A stretch of DNA of 64,000 nucleotides from NCBI RefSeq assembly GCF_009914755.1, contig NC_060936.1; one strand, given 5' to 3'. The DNA is from the human T2T-CHM13v2.0 reference genome, Homo sapiens. Made by a program: the position numbers and the translations under genes. Under the pieces are notes generated by a model that saw only the letters and a program-made list of their open reading frames with translations, did not search any database and was not told the origin of the DNA. Positions 40,962 through 58,440 of this stretch are shown in pieces (position 1 is the first letter of the stretch; each line of letters begins with the position of its first letter).

Positions 40962-41045
40962 AGTCTATTATTCCTTTCACAGGAGTACTATGACATAGAT
41001 TTTGAGTCTATTATTCCTTTCATAGGAGTACTATGACAGATTTTG
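40962..41045. repeat. 43/41-bp tandem duplication
   Basis: AGTCTATTATTCCTTTCA(C/T)AGGAGTACTATGACA(TA)GATTTTG twice. Confidence 0.92.
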
Positions 41046-41049
41046 TCTT

Positions 41050-41610
41050 TTAAAAAAAAAATCAGCTTTCAGATATAATTTACAGGCAAAATCCTCCTAT
41101 CTTAACTATACAGTTTTAACAGATATTTAGTTGTGTTACCACCAGAACCATGATATAGAGGATTTTCATCAACCCAAAAAATTCCTCACTACCCCTTTTG
41201 CAATTAATTGTCCTCTCCTGACCCCCTGAAAACCAATAACCCACTATCATCCCATTATGTCTTTTCTAGAATTTCATATAAATGAAATCTTACAATATGT
41301 ACTCATTTTATGTCTGGCTTCTTTCACTCAGCATAATTATTTTGAGATTCATCTATGTTGTTACATGTATCAATAGTTCCGTCCCTTTTTTATTGGTGAG
41401 TAGATTCCACTGCATGGGTATACCACATTTTATCAATTTATCAGCTGAATAAAGCTAATATGAACATTCATGTACAAGTACTTATATGAACACGTCTTCA
41501 TTTATCTTAGCTAGAAGACTAATTGCTTAGCGTTATAAGTGTATGCTTCATTTTATTAAAATACTGCCAAACTATTTTCTAAACTCATTTTGCATTCTAA
41601 CCAAGAAATA
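41050..41610 (-). mobile_element. Old L1 (L1M) 3' fragment
   Basis: TGTCTGGCTTCTTTCACTCAGCATAAT...TTTTGAGATTCATC motifs. Confidence 0.8.
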
Positions 41611-42283
41611 AATTTTTAATTTTGATTTAAGCTTGAACAAACTTAGAAATCTTAAGATAGTTATAGATATTTGGATTTTTTTTTAAAAGGAAGCAATCAC
41701 TGGTAACAAAAATATTTACTACCTTCTAGTGAGTTTTCATTACTCTAAGCTAGTACACAAAGCTATGTACTTCATGTCCAGTCATTTGTATTTGGTCATT
41801 TGGCCAAAGTCTATTTAGCAAGCCAAAAGAACTCTCTTTCCACAGACCACTTCCAGATCAATAGACAACGTTTCAATAGACTATAAAACCATTCATATAT
41901 TCTTAGGCTGATCTGGTAGATAAGCCTTGATATTAACAATGCATGAATTTAAGATTCTTAAATAGAACAGGTACTACCACACAGAATAGAAAACTGAACC
42001 CCAAAATGATCAAGCTAGTGTTGAAGCCAGTACTTAGCTCTATTTCCAAATCATATCAACTTGCCACTTCAAAACTCTCCCTGAATTCCACTTTAGTGAC
42101 TAGGGTTATACAATAGCTGCTTTTAACAGAACTAAACAAAGGGATCATTCTCCCAATGAATATAGTATTGTCAGACATGTAAGTTCTGATGGACTAACAC
42201 AGTTTAGACCCTCAATATCATACTAAACTTCTAGACATAAAGTTTAGTATTTACTGCATAAGTCCAGAGTAGAGAAAACTCAC

Positions 42284-42366
42284 ATGTCGTTCCTACCACT
42301 GCTTTCTCACTACCTTCCAAAAGGTCCCAAAAGTACAAGGATGACTGCTCCATCTGGTCTTCAACA
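42284..42366 (-). CDS. CAPRIN2: Caprin-2 coding exon 5
   Basis: (S)VEDQMEQSSLYFWDLLEGSEKAVVGTT; TGTCAG| ... CAT|GTGAGT. Confidence 0.95.
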
Positions 42367-43608
42367 CTGACAAGGAAAAGCAGCAGCAGAACAAAGTGGC
42401 TTTAGAAGTACATATATATGGAGCAGCACAATTTATGCAATATAACCCATTAACAGACAAGACATTCAAATGTTAATTTTGTCTTTTTGCTCTTTGGAAA
42501 TAAAAAAATTGAAATGTATACAAGATGACTAAATGCCTGCTTAAGGATTTCAAATGTAAGAATTTTTCCTTAAAACAACTAAAATATGGATTTTACCAAA
42601 TAAACCCATTAAAGAATAGACCAAAAAGAGTTTAAAGCTGCCAATGCAGTATCATTAGTTCAGGTGTATGCCCTACATAAAAGAACAGTGAAATTGAAAT
42701 ATTAAGAGCCGCATTTGACTTTAAAGAAAGCAGCTTATTTAACAAATTATGTTTTGCTTATATTTCATATATTAAAGTGAAGCTACATTCCCTGAACCCA
42801 CAAAAGTGAAGGAGGCAATGTATAGATGATGACGATGGAGTAGACTATCAGCATGAGAATTAAAAAATACATGGCTATATATAGGCAATTAAGAGTTCTA
42901 TTAGGCTTCTTTCTGATCAGAGACTGATTTCTGGTAACCGTTGAAATCTGACTCTACTTTAGTAGGGCTAACAAATACAAAGCTGGAATAGCCTGCATCT
43001 AACAAAGCAAGAGCACAGCATCTGTCCCCTAGCTGATTTACTCCATCAAAACAAAAAGAGCAATGGATCACTGTGAGGGAAAAAAAATCAGACAGCCCCA
43101 GTTTGCAGGTTTTGTATTTTAAACTATCAAATGTATTTATCACTAGTTATTCACAGCATAATAAGAACACCAAATAATTGTTACTTTGAAAGTTTAATGA
43201 CACCAGCCAAGTTAAATATTATTTACCTCTACTTAAGTATAGCAGGAGTAAGAAGGCAACTCTGAGAAAATTACTTTAAAAGTTTTAGAAATAGATATAA
43301 TATTATACTTGTACAGGATTAAAATTTGATGCTCAGACCTCATTTTTTTAAAAATCAGTATTACAATAAAGAAGCATGTTAATGAGACCATTCACATTCA
43401 CTTTCCTTCCAGACAATCTGTCAACCCTGTCAGACTCTGGGCCAGCCAAGGTTTCCATATTGAATCAAATTAATACTTTCTTAAGTTCTCTCTCCCCCTC
43501 TCTAACACACACACACACACACACACTCTCTCTCTCTCACATACACACACCCCTAAAAAGCTAAAGTGTCAAGTGTTTCATTTCAGGAAAATCTTTTCAT
43601 TAGCTTAC

Positions 43609-43847
43609 CTCAGACTTTCATTTCTTTCAGGGCAGGTCAGTTTTGAAAACTTAATGAGGTAGTCAAGTTCTTTTGAAGGCAAATACACTGCACCATTCAA
43701 ACCCCCTTTGAAGTCTTTTTGTACGTGCTCCTGTGTCAAGTTCTGCAATACATACTGAACTTGAAGTATAGTTCGAAGCTTTTTCTTCTCAGCCTCAAGT
43801 TTTAGCATGTGCTCCCTTCTCTGGGCCTTCTTTTGCGCTTTTAGTAG
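43609..43847 (-). CDS. CAPRIN2: Caprin-2 coding exon 4
   Basis: LLKAQKKAQRREHMLKLEAEKKKLRTILQVQYVLQ...CPERNESL; TAACAG| ... GAG|GTAAGC. Confidence 0.96.
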
Positions 43848-44499
43848 CTGTTAAAACAAATGGCTAATTAAGGGTAACAATTCTCTACCATCCCATATTA
43901 GCAATACGTATCTACAAAGTCTAAACCCAAATAGCTGAGATTAGATGATAAATCTCATGACTGTCAAACTACCAGTTTAGTCTGTCTCCTTTTTGAGCTA
44001 AAGAAGTCACTGAGTAATAAACTGGTTTGTCTCAGGTAACCAGAGCCAAGGGGGTCAAATATCTGACTCCCAAATCCAGGATATGTCTAGAACCGCTAAT
44101 ATCACCATGATGAGTAGCGAAGTACCAATCATTGATGTCCATATTCATTTCAACATTTTACTCTTTCACATTTATGTGTATCAGTCCTTTTTGGACCTTT
44201 TAGGATTTTTTTTAAATTTCATATTCCAGGGGAAAAAATATTTAAACTAAAATGGTCAGTTTTAATGAACCAAAGAAGACTGGCTAAAGCATAAGGGGTT
44301 GAAAAGCTAACAGACATAAAATGTCTTCCAAGTGTAATGCCAAAAACCAGCCACAGCAAACATGTTATTTTGTTTCAGAAGTAAAATTAAAAATTTTTTA
44401 AATAATAATTTGCCCTGTCAGTCTGGACAGAGCTACATCCTCCAATATTTAGCTGACAAAACAGATACAGAAAATCAATGGAGCTTAAGTTTTCCCTCA

Positions 44500-44797
44500 G
44501 GCCAGGCACAATGATACACACCTGTAATCCCAGCCCTTTGGGAGGTCGAGGAGGGTGAATCACTTGACCCCAGGAATTCAAGACCAGCCTGGGCAACATG
44601 GCAAAACCCCATCTCTACAAAAAATACAAAAATTAGCTGGGCATGGTGGTGTGTGTCTGTAGTCCCAGCTACTCAGGAAGCTGTGGTAGACAGATTGCTT
44701 GAGCCCGGGAGGTCAAGGCTACAGTGAGTGGTGACAGTGCCACTACACTCCAGCCTGGGCAACAGAGTGAGATCCTGTCCCAAAAAAAAAAAAAAAG
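44500..44797 (+). mobile_element. Alu (AluJ-like)
   Basis: Alu dimer plus poly(A); AGTTT(T/C)CCCTC on both flanks. Confidence 0.93.
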
Positions 44798-45647
44798 CAG
44801 TTTCCCCTCCAACAATTTGTGTACATAGATTGAGCAGCCCTAGATCTGCTCTAAAGCTTAGAACTATAATACCTTAAAGTCTGACATAATATTCATGGGT
44901 CCCAGAAAGGACTTGCATTTAACTAAAAACTACTATCTCTTTCCATTAAGAAACCTAAAAGGTCTTTTCCCTCCATAGTTTTTGATTGTAACGTTTCCAT
45001 CATATTGGATATTCCGCAAGGTATGAAGATTAAAATACAAAAAAAAAAAAACCACTAAGATTTTTCCTATAGATGGGTCAAAGTACTTTGATATAGCATC
45101 GATATTTTAAATTATATAAAAGAGATGTTCGTAAATCCTAACAGATTAAAATTAGGGGGAAAACCTCATGAAAAAGATTCACTGTGGCATAATTAATCCC
45201 TTCCTAGGGGATGTGGAAGCAACTTAATAAATATGATTTGTGCTACTGCTAGGGACAGAAAGATAGTAAGTGAAGATATAAAATTTTCAGAATGAGAAAT
45301 AGACTGGTTGAAGGTTGCATGGGCAAGCACATTTTCTCAGATGGGAAAGGCTCAGTAAGGCTTTTTGCAAGACCTCAGTATAGACTGCATCAATAACACT
45401 TACCAAAACTACAGGATTCTCTGATCCTGCTTGAGAGAAGAAAAGAGGACGGAGGTGGCACTCCTAGCTCTCCAAAACACTGGAGTTTCTCATGGTATAG
45501 GGAAAAGCAACTGATTCACAGGGCATCTTCAGACAATTATACCACATGATTATCTCAGATTTATCTTTGGCCAGTCTCCCAAGGTAGGACTGGGTGGTCA
45601 TATGGGCTCATGCCACCTTGAACTTCCCCTATCAAAGTATTTTTGGG

Positions 45648-45934
45648 TTTTTTGTTTGTTTTTGAGACAGAGTATCATTATGCCATCCAGGCTGGGGTGC
45701 AGTGGCACAATCAAGGTTCACTGCAGCTTTGACCTCTTGAGCTCAAGTGATCCTCCCACCTCAGCCTCCTGAATAGCTGGAACCACAGGTACATGCCACC
45801 ATGCCTGGCTAATTTTTTTTTTTTAATAGAGATGAGGTCTCTCTATGTTGTCCAGGCTGGTCTTGAACTCCTGAACTCAAGCAATCCTCCTCCCAAAGGG
45901 CTAGGGTTACAGACGTAAGCCACCATCCCTGGCT
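45648..45934 (-). mobile_element. Alu (AluJ-like)
   Basis: Diverged antisense Alu dimer. Confidence 0.9.
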
Positions 45935-46221
45935 ATTTTTTATTTATCTGCATCTATGATGACAGGGACTATATCTACTGTTCACCAATATTCACTAACG
46001 CCCAGCACAGAGTCTGACAAATATCAGGGCCTCAAATTTTTGTTGAATAAAATCAAATATCAGGAAAGTCTCCCAGATCACAATCAGGTGTCATGAAAAG
46101 TCATGGACAAGAGCCAATTTCTCCTTCTTTAGATGAAAATTAGAAAGGTGGGTTACATTGTTCTCTTTTTCCAGTTGAGGACCAGTTTGGAAAGGAAACC
46201 ACTCTCAATCAGTAGTACTGA

Positions 46222-46540
<319 letters not shown>

Positions 46541-47065
46541 GATAAAATTGGTTTTCTTAATCGAGACTCAGAATGATGAATCCCTACCAGGAGACAGAGC
46601 TCATGAGGACAAAGCAGAATGTAACAAGGTCGAAAAGAAGGACTTCCAAATTTACTTTGAAGGGAAAAAAGAAAATGTTCCACAAACTGCAAAACTGGCT
46701 ATCATAGAACATGTCTGACAAAAGAAAAACTTAAAAGAGGAGCCCAAAAATTACCAGGTAAAATTAAAAAAACCTCAAAAGTACTGCCAAGCACCTTTCA
46801 GGGTCTTGATTCAGTAAGGCAACCTCCAAAGTACTTTATCATGTCACCTAAAATGAAAGTAAATCTCAAACACAGGCAAGTAAAAATAATTTCATGGATA
46901 TTAACAAAATTTGGTGAGTTGGGAGCTACCTCTAGACTACAGCAGCAAAGAAAAAAAAAAACAAAACAGATAAGACACTATATTCACAATATAGAGAAAA
47001 AGTACCTAGGGCCATATCTTGGCTCTACCACTTACTGGCCATATGACTTTGAATAAGTTCCTTTT

Positions 47066-48502
<1,437 letters not shown>

Positions 48503-48766
48503 TTACACGTTTTTAATCTAAAAAGAAGAAAAGAATACCATATATTAGAAAAATATAGGCCTGAATGAAAAACTAAATTGTTACTGGGTAACTCTGAGTA
48601 AAGACAGAAGACAGAAAATTTTAAATATCATAAAAGTATACTTCTAACCATATTTGTAATCCTTCTTAGCCAAGAATTAGGATGGTAAATGTCTCCAGCC
48701 TAGAAGAATTTTTCTTTATTCCAGAGGAATGGAGAAGAGAATTTTAGTTCACTATAAAGAAAAATA

Positions 48767-48915
48767 GGCCAGGGCGACTGCTCACACCTGTAATCCCAGC
48801 ATTTTAGGAGGCCAAGACAGGAAGATCCCTTCAGCCCAGGATTATAAGCCTCCAGAGAATTATGATCACACCACTGCACTCTAGGCTGGGTGAGAGAGCG
48901 AGACCTTGTCTCTAA
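48767..48915 (+). mobile_element. Old Alu monomer (FAM/FRAM-like)
   Basis: Single diverged Alu arm followed by an A-rich tail. Confidence 0.75.
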
Positions 48916-49664
48916 AACATAATAAAAAAAATATAAATTTTTTTAATGAAAATATCCAAAAAAATAGAAGAGATTATCTTATGAGGCATGCTCTCCTCTC
49001 CAGGAATGAATTTATTTAAAAATTTCCACAATTGTTGGAACTTGACCTTTAAAGGACCTTCTAGTGCTGAGATTTGAAAAAGTAAAGAATACTTCACTGA
49101 GAAGTGTTTAAGACTTCATATTACTGATTAAATTTGTCAGAGATAAAATTTTGAACTGCCAACATAGAGAACCTAACAAGTAGTGAGGCCAGATTTAACT
49201 CTATTTAACACGAGTCATTAATTTTCCCATCAATAATTTTCATGCTTTCAAGAAGACTACCAACTCTGTTGTCTCATATGTTAAATAATGTGAAAGAAGC
49301 CTATCTTATATAAATTTACAAGCCTATATTCTAAAATATCTTTAATAAATATACCTTGTCAAAAGTTTGATTCCCTGTGTCAATGATTTCTATAATTCTG
49401 TAATTAAATAACATACATTAGATAACTAATGCTTTATTCACAATGTCTCATACTCAGATGCCATTTGTGTTCTCCCTTGAGACTACAGAAATCTGAAAAA
49501 ACTAGTTCTCCAACAGTTATCCTCAACCTTCCATCACGATAAAATATCAGCAGAAATTAGAAGAATAATAACCAAACACCATTACTAGACACTGACACAC
49601 TGACATTTTCTCCAAGATCAGTGGTTAAAACTGGTTTCAGGAAAAGCAAAGAAAACATACTCAC

Positions 49665-49751
49665 ATCTAGGCTCAACCCAGAAAAGGTTTTTTGAAGCTC
49701 CTTGGCAAATTCCAAATTATGTAGCACTTCTTCATATTTCTCTACAGCTTC
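49665..49751 (-). CDS. CAPRIN2: Caprin-2 coding exon 3
   Basis: EAVEKYEEVLHNLEFAKELQKTFSGLSLD; TGGTAG| ... GAT|GTGAGT. Confidence 0.96.
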
Positions 49752-50439
49752 CTACCAAATAGGATAAGAAAACATAAATTTTGTGACTGTTTAAGTATAA
49801 ATATGTGAAAATAATGTTTCTTAAATACAGTAGAAGAGATTTAAGATCTTATGGCTATTTACTATACATACACAAAAAAAGTACTTGCCTAATGAAAAAG
49901 GAGAAAGAGTATTAATACCAGTTTTATTAAGTTGCATTTAAAAATTCAATTCTAATGCCAGAAATTCAATTTTTATATTAGAAATATGAGTCCTAATTTT
50001 ACCCCTATAAAGTCTAAGATCAGAAAGGCCTGTTGGTTTTAATAGCACTGAGCCAATAGGATTTCTCTGTTAATATTCATTCACTACTCAAACATATTAC
50101 ACAAATAGCACGGTGAGTATCAGAGAAATGAACAAGCAACTTCAAGACATTTATAATACAGTGGAAAGATTTAGAATAATTACCTGTAACAGACAAAAAT
50201 AAATATTATAACAAACAATATGCAATGTCCTACAGGAAATTTAAAGGAGCAAAACTTTTTTTTAAAGATTTCCCAGATAAACAACATTGACAGAAAAGAG
50301 GGGGGCATTTCATGGGACTTTAACTCAAATCTATACGGAAGAGAAAGGACCAATCTGAAACAGAACAAGGTGGAGAACCTGTGCAACTGGATAAATACAT
50401 ATTATAAAGCCTCAGTAATTAAAATAGTAAAGTATTACA

Positions 50440-50900
50440 CTCCAAGGTATCTACCCAAAAGAAATGAAAACATGTCCACATAAAGACTTGTATATAAATG
50501 TATACAGCAGCATAATGGCCCAAAATGAAAACAATCCAAATATCCAGCAGCTGGTAAGTGGATAAACAAAATGTGGTACACCCACACAATGGAATACTAG
50601 TCAGCAATAAAAACCAATGAAATACTGATACATGCTATAACATGGATAAACCTCAAAAATATGCTAAGTAAAAGAAGCCAGATGCAGAAGACTATTTTAT
50701 GTGAAATGTCCAGAAAAGACAAATTTTTAAAGATAGAAAGTAAATCAGAGCACAAAAGAGAACTTTGGGGGGATGATAGGAATACTCTAAAATTAGACTG
50801 TGCTACCAGTTCGATAACTCTACAAATTTACTATAAACAAATGTACGCTTAGAATGGGTTTACTTTGTGTTAAGTATATTATACCTCAATAGTGTTGGAA
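50440..50900 (+). mobile_element. Old L1 (L1M) fragment
   Basis: GAAATGAAAACATGTCCACATAAAGAC...GGATAAACAAAATGTGGTAC motifs. Confidence 0.75.
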
Positions 50901-52399
50901 AAAACAGACTGATATTAAGTCTTTATAAAGGTACAGAACAATAGGAACTCCTATGTAATAACAACAGTATTAGTATAAATTGGTACAATAATTTTGGAAA
51001 ACAGTTCAGAATTTTTACCTATGAAGTTAATCATGAGCATGTCCTACAGCCTAATGATAGATATGTACCCTGAAAAAAAATCTTACTCCTGATTCTCAGT
51101 AACACCTAAAAGATTCCTCAAAGTAAAATTCTTCAGTGACAAAAAAAAACCCCAAAACTTCAAGCATCCATCTATTTAGACACTAAAACTAAGTAGAGAG
51201 AACCAAATACAGGCACTTGTATTGATATAAAAATACTAAATATAATGAGTGAAAAAAGCAAACTGCAGAATATATAGCATGATACCACTTTCTATAAGGT
51301 ACAAAAAAAACACAACTCTAACAGGGCAGCAAAAAAAAAAAAATGGTCTTAAAAGCAAGGGAAAACTTCAGGGTCATGGTTACAGGAAGGAGAAGGTACC
51401 ACATGAGAAAGGAGCCTCAACACTGTTGGAAACATACTATTTGAGTTGAGAGTTGGGATCTGGTGCTTGCTTTATTATGTGTTTTAACTTATATGGAATA
51501 TATTGTTTCAGCCATATATTTTATAATAAAAACGTACAGAGATCTTCCTGCTACAGAAACAAGAATGAGCAGATAACATTACCAGGATACACAGTCCTCA
51601 GAGGGATGTAAAACTATAAAGAAATACTCCATATCTACTCCCAAATGGTATTAACTTTGATTCAAGAAAAGCAGCATCAGCTGGGAACTACCTCAACTTT
51701 CCATCATCTAATGTAGACCTATCCTTTCATTTTTCCTTTCTTTACTAAGTGAAGAAGGTATCCCCCCTCCCCCCGCCCCCGCTTCTACCTGTGCCCTGGA
51801 TCCTACGGAATTGTGCCTTCATACAAAACTTTACTTTAGGATTCCGTCTTTGATGTCTTCTAACAAAGAGCTGCTCCCTCTCTATTGATGCTTAAATCAG
51901 CATTTTACAAGCTCATGTCATCCCCAATCTAAACAAGAAAAATTAGTTCTTCTGTGACAACTACTTCCCTCTAGCATTACACAAATTCAAACGTGTTTTC
52001 AGTCTCCAGTTCTTCAGACCTCATCAACCTGGATTCCGTTTCTACCATTCCACCAGAACTGTTTTAGCTGAAGTTAGCAATTGTCGGTGCCATCCCTTAA
52101 AGCTGTGGATCTTTTATAGCTCTCATTTTGGTTGACTTAGCAGCAGCCTTCAACAAAAAGGCACACTCCTGCTCTACAGACATTTCTTGTTTTTACTAAC
52201 ACTGAACTTCCATTTTTCTCCCATTTCTCCAGCTGCTTATTTACTAGCAATTTTTCCATTAGCTTCTCTCTCACCTGCTTTTAGCACCTGTAAAATAGGA
52301 GTAATAGAACCTACCTCACAAAGATGCTGTACAATTTAAATGACTGCATATGTATAAAGCACTCAGAATGATGCCTGACCCTAATAAGCACACCGCATT

Positions 52400-53505
52400 T
52401 TTAGCCATTATTGTCCAAACATTAAATGTCAGAATTCCTCAGGATTCTGTCCTAGGCTTCTCTATTCTGCCTTCTATACTTTTATCCAAGACAGTCTTAT
52501 CTCCTCTAATGGTTTCAAGTAGCGGTCATACAGGTGATATTTCTATCGGCTAAACTTCTCCATGCTCCAGTCTCGTTTACCTAAACAGCTGGTACCAGAC
52601 ACTGATGTCTCCCAGGCACATTAAAATCAATAGTACAAAATTGAGCTCTTTATCCTACTCCATCCTCCCAAAACCTCCTTCTGCCCCAGTGGTCCCACGT
52701 TTAATAAATGGTTTTGCCATCCATCCACTGTTCAAGCAAGAAACCTGAAACCACTCTCAGCTCTACCCTCTACTCCTACATCCAGTCACCAAGCCATGCT
52801 GATTTTACCTCTCAAATCCAGCTACTTGATTCAAGTTCCTCTGCCACTGCCTTAGTAGGGCTCCCATAATCATTCACCTACACTACAGGCAACTCTTTTC
52901 TAATTTCCTTACATCCATACACTATCTCCAAACCATACTTCACATTGCAAAGTGATTTTTTTAACTAAAAATCTGTAGTTGTTCCCTGCTTAAACATATC
53001 TGTACCATTTCTGATGCCTTTGGGAAAAAGTAATTTTCAAATGGTGTACAAAGACCTACCCCCTCCAGCTTCATCACCCATCCACGTGACCTTCTTTACA
53101 GTTTTTGAAAAAGGCTCTTTGTAAAAAACCAAAAATCTGTTCCTTCTCAGAGCCTTTACGCATGCAAGCATCTGCCTAGCCTTCTGTTCTTCTTCCTCCC
53201 TCCCCCCTTTCACTGGCTAAGTCTCATTCATATTTTAGGTCTTAACTAAAGTTCTTCCTTTCCTAAGGAAGCTGGCCTTAACTCTCTAGACTAGGATGGA
53301 TCCTGCATTACAATCCCTTATCATCCTATACTTCACCTTCTTAACATCCATCATATCTGTATTTGCTTATTCCCCACTCTCTTCCCCATTACATTATAGA
53401 CTCCATGTGGTAATGATCACATTTGTCCCCTAGGTATTATAACCCTAATATTAAGTACAGCACCTCCTAGAGTAGATACTTAATATATCTTGTTGAATGA
53501 ATAAA
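52400..53505 (+). mobile_element. L2 3' fragment
   Basis: Pyrimidine-rich L2-like body ending TTGTTGAATGAATAAA; boundaries approximate. Confidence 0.6.
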
Positions 53506-54895
53506 AGATAGTTCAGATGATCTTAGAGAGCATCAGATATGGTCAAGATTCTGAACAATTTAAAGCTTTTGAAAGAAATCATATACTGAGAGCTGTTTCA
53601 AGAAAAAGACACCACGGACAAGAGGACTGGTGAATTGAAGGTAAGATCTCAAGACAAGGATATCAACTAGGAAGCGTATGTAAAGTTTAGGTGGCTTGCC
53701 TTGACTACGCCAATAGCAGTGGAATTACAAAAGAGGGAAGATTCTACATTACTTATTGAGTTTACTACAGATGTATTAAATGTAACAAGGGATCACAGTT
53801 CAGCAGCAAAAACAGGTACCACATTCTAATTCTTTAACAACAAAAACTTTGGTAGAACCAAAGACATCAAGTTCCCTTTGCCTGTTGCTTGAGAATTCAC
53901 TTGAATCTCAGCTCTTTATTTCAAATCCAGATCGGAACCAAACATACTAAAGTTATAAATGTAACAATTTAAGTTATTTAAATTATAAAGTTATATTAAA
54001 TTACAAGTTAAAGTGACTCCACAAACAACTTCATTAGACATTCTTTTTACTATTTGAAAAGAGAAACCTATGCTACCAATTTAACATAAACCTTATGTAG
54101 CTTAGCCTTGACAGATCCCTTAAGAGTTACTACGTCAAAGAGGCTGCAAGAGCCATATAGAACATTACAAGTTTTATTTACATTATTATAAGTACCTGTT
54201 GGGTTAAAGAAGAAAATCAAACTAAAATTATAAAACTTATCACAAATAATATTGAAAATACAATATCAAATCAAATACAACTGAACCAGTGCTTGAAGGA
54301 AAATTCAGTCTTCAAGAAATTTTAGAAAATTTTCACAATTTGAAAAAGCAAATAACCAAAAACAAAAAAGCAGAAAAATTTTTAAAAAGTGGAATAAAGT
54401 AAGTCTAAAAGCTGATTTTGGGTGGGGGGGTGGAATATGCCCCTAGATAATTTAAGAGTAAACTAAGGAAAGAAAACCACACAAAATTATAAAGTAACAA
54501 CAGAAACAAGCTGTATTAAAATTTTATTAAAAACTACTTGGCCCTAATCTATGCAAATAAATTTTAAAAACTGAATGAAATAGGTGATTTTCAATGAAGT
54601 TTTTAAAAACTGATGCCAAAAGAAATCTAAACAAAAATCAATCTCCAAAGAAAAACAGAGAGCATATTTTCAAAGAGGTCCCACCTCAAAGAGAAGCAGG
54701 CACAGATAGTTTCTCACACAATAATTCAACCAAACTTTAAAGACCATGTATAGTGGAAACACTGCCACGATATTAAAAACAACAACAAAAGAATTGGTGA
54801 ATGAGTAGATGGAGCACAGAGAATTTTTAGGGCAGTGAAAGTATTCTGTATGATATTACAATGGTGGATACATTTGCATTCAACAAAACCCATAG

Positions 54896-55045
54896 AGCTG
54901 GGTGCAGTGACTCACGCCTGTAATCCTAGCTACTCAGGAGGCTAAGAGGATCACTTGAGCCCAAGAGTTCAAGGCTACAGTGAGCTATGATATTGTGCTA
55001 TTGCACTCCAGCCTGGTGAGAGAGAGACCCTGTCTCTTAAAAACA
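54896..55045 (+). mobile_element. Old Alu monomer within an L1M fragment
   Basis: Single Alu arm with AC-rich tail. Confidence 0.75.
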
Positions 55046-55229
55046 AACACACACCGACAAAAACCACAGAATGTACAGCACCAAGAGCGAACCCTAATGC
55101 AAACTCTAAACTACAAACTTTGGGTGATGATGATGTGTCAACGTAGATTCATAGAAAGTAAAAAATGTATTTCTCTGATGAGAGATGGTGATAGTGGAAG
55201 AGGTTGAGCTTGTGTGGGGTGAAAGTGCT

Positions 55230-57280
<2,051 letters not shown>

Positions 57281-57439
57281 TACTGGTAACAATTCTCTGA
57301 AGATTCTATTTTTTTTTCCTTCTGACTTATCTGCATTTTCTAAATTTTCTACCTTATATATTGCATGTATGAGGTGTGATTTCTCAAAAGTACCACCAAC
57401 TACGTGCTTAGTTACATCTAAAGACCTAACATTCATTTT

Positions 57440-58440
57440 ATACTTAGTAAATCTATATGTAATAAATATTTTATATACCTACTACATGCTACACTCTATT
57501 CTACGCACTAGGAATACAGCAATGAACAGACAAAATCCTTACTTTCATGGAACTTACATTGTAAGGGTAGGAAACAGACAAAATAAAACTTCATAGCTTG
57601 TCAGAGAAGTGCTAACTTCTATTAAGAAAAATTAAGCAAGGAAAGGAGCTAAGCAGTGTGAATGGGGAAGTGGAGGTATAGTGAGGTGAGAACAGATCTC
57701 ACTGTGGGTACCTTCAAATAAAAGGCTGAAGGAGGTTGGGAATTGAACCACTGAAACATCTGGAGAAAGAACATCCCAAGCAGTAGGAATATCACGTGCA
57801 AAAAACCCTGCAGAAGTGTGTCTGGGATGTCTGAGGAGCAGCAAGGAGGCTAGGGTAGCTAGAATGGAGCTAGCGAGGGAAAGAAGAGCAAGAAATGGAG
57901 TCAAAATGTCAAAGGAAGTGGGAAGGATATTCTGTAGGGCTTTGTAGACACACTAAGGACATTTTACCACCAGAGGGGAACAAATGGGGACTTCTGAGCA
58001 GAGGAATAACCATCTTGACTTGCATCAGTACAGGATCACTGAGTTTACTACGTTGAACAGACTTGGAGAGGGCAGAAATAGAAAAACCTGTGAGGCAGAA
58101 GTAATTACTACTATAATAAGTAACGCAGATGAAAGGTTATATAGCCTAGATGAAGATGGCAGAAATGGTCAGTTTCCTCATTTATCTTAAAGGGAGAAGT
58201 GAGCAGACTTGCTGATGAGCTAGATGTGAGCTATGAGGAGAAAGGAGATAAATTCTCCAAGATTTTTGGCAACTCCTGCTAGTTGATCAAGCCATCAACT
58301 GACATAGCTAAGATTAGAGGAGGAGCAGGTTTTGGGGAACAGGGAAAAATTATGAAGTGTCGGATAGGCAACTGGACACAGAAATATTGAGTTCAGAGGA
58401 CTGATCTGTTGGCAATATAAATTGGGCAGCTGTCAGAGTA
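57440..58440 (-). mobile_element. L2 fragment
   Basis: Purine-rich antisense L2-like sequence (CTAGGAATACAGCAATGAACAGACAAAATCC...); boundaries approximate. Confidence 0.65.
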
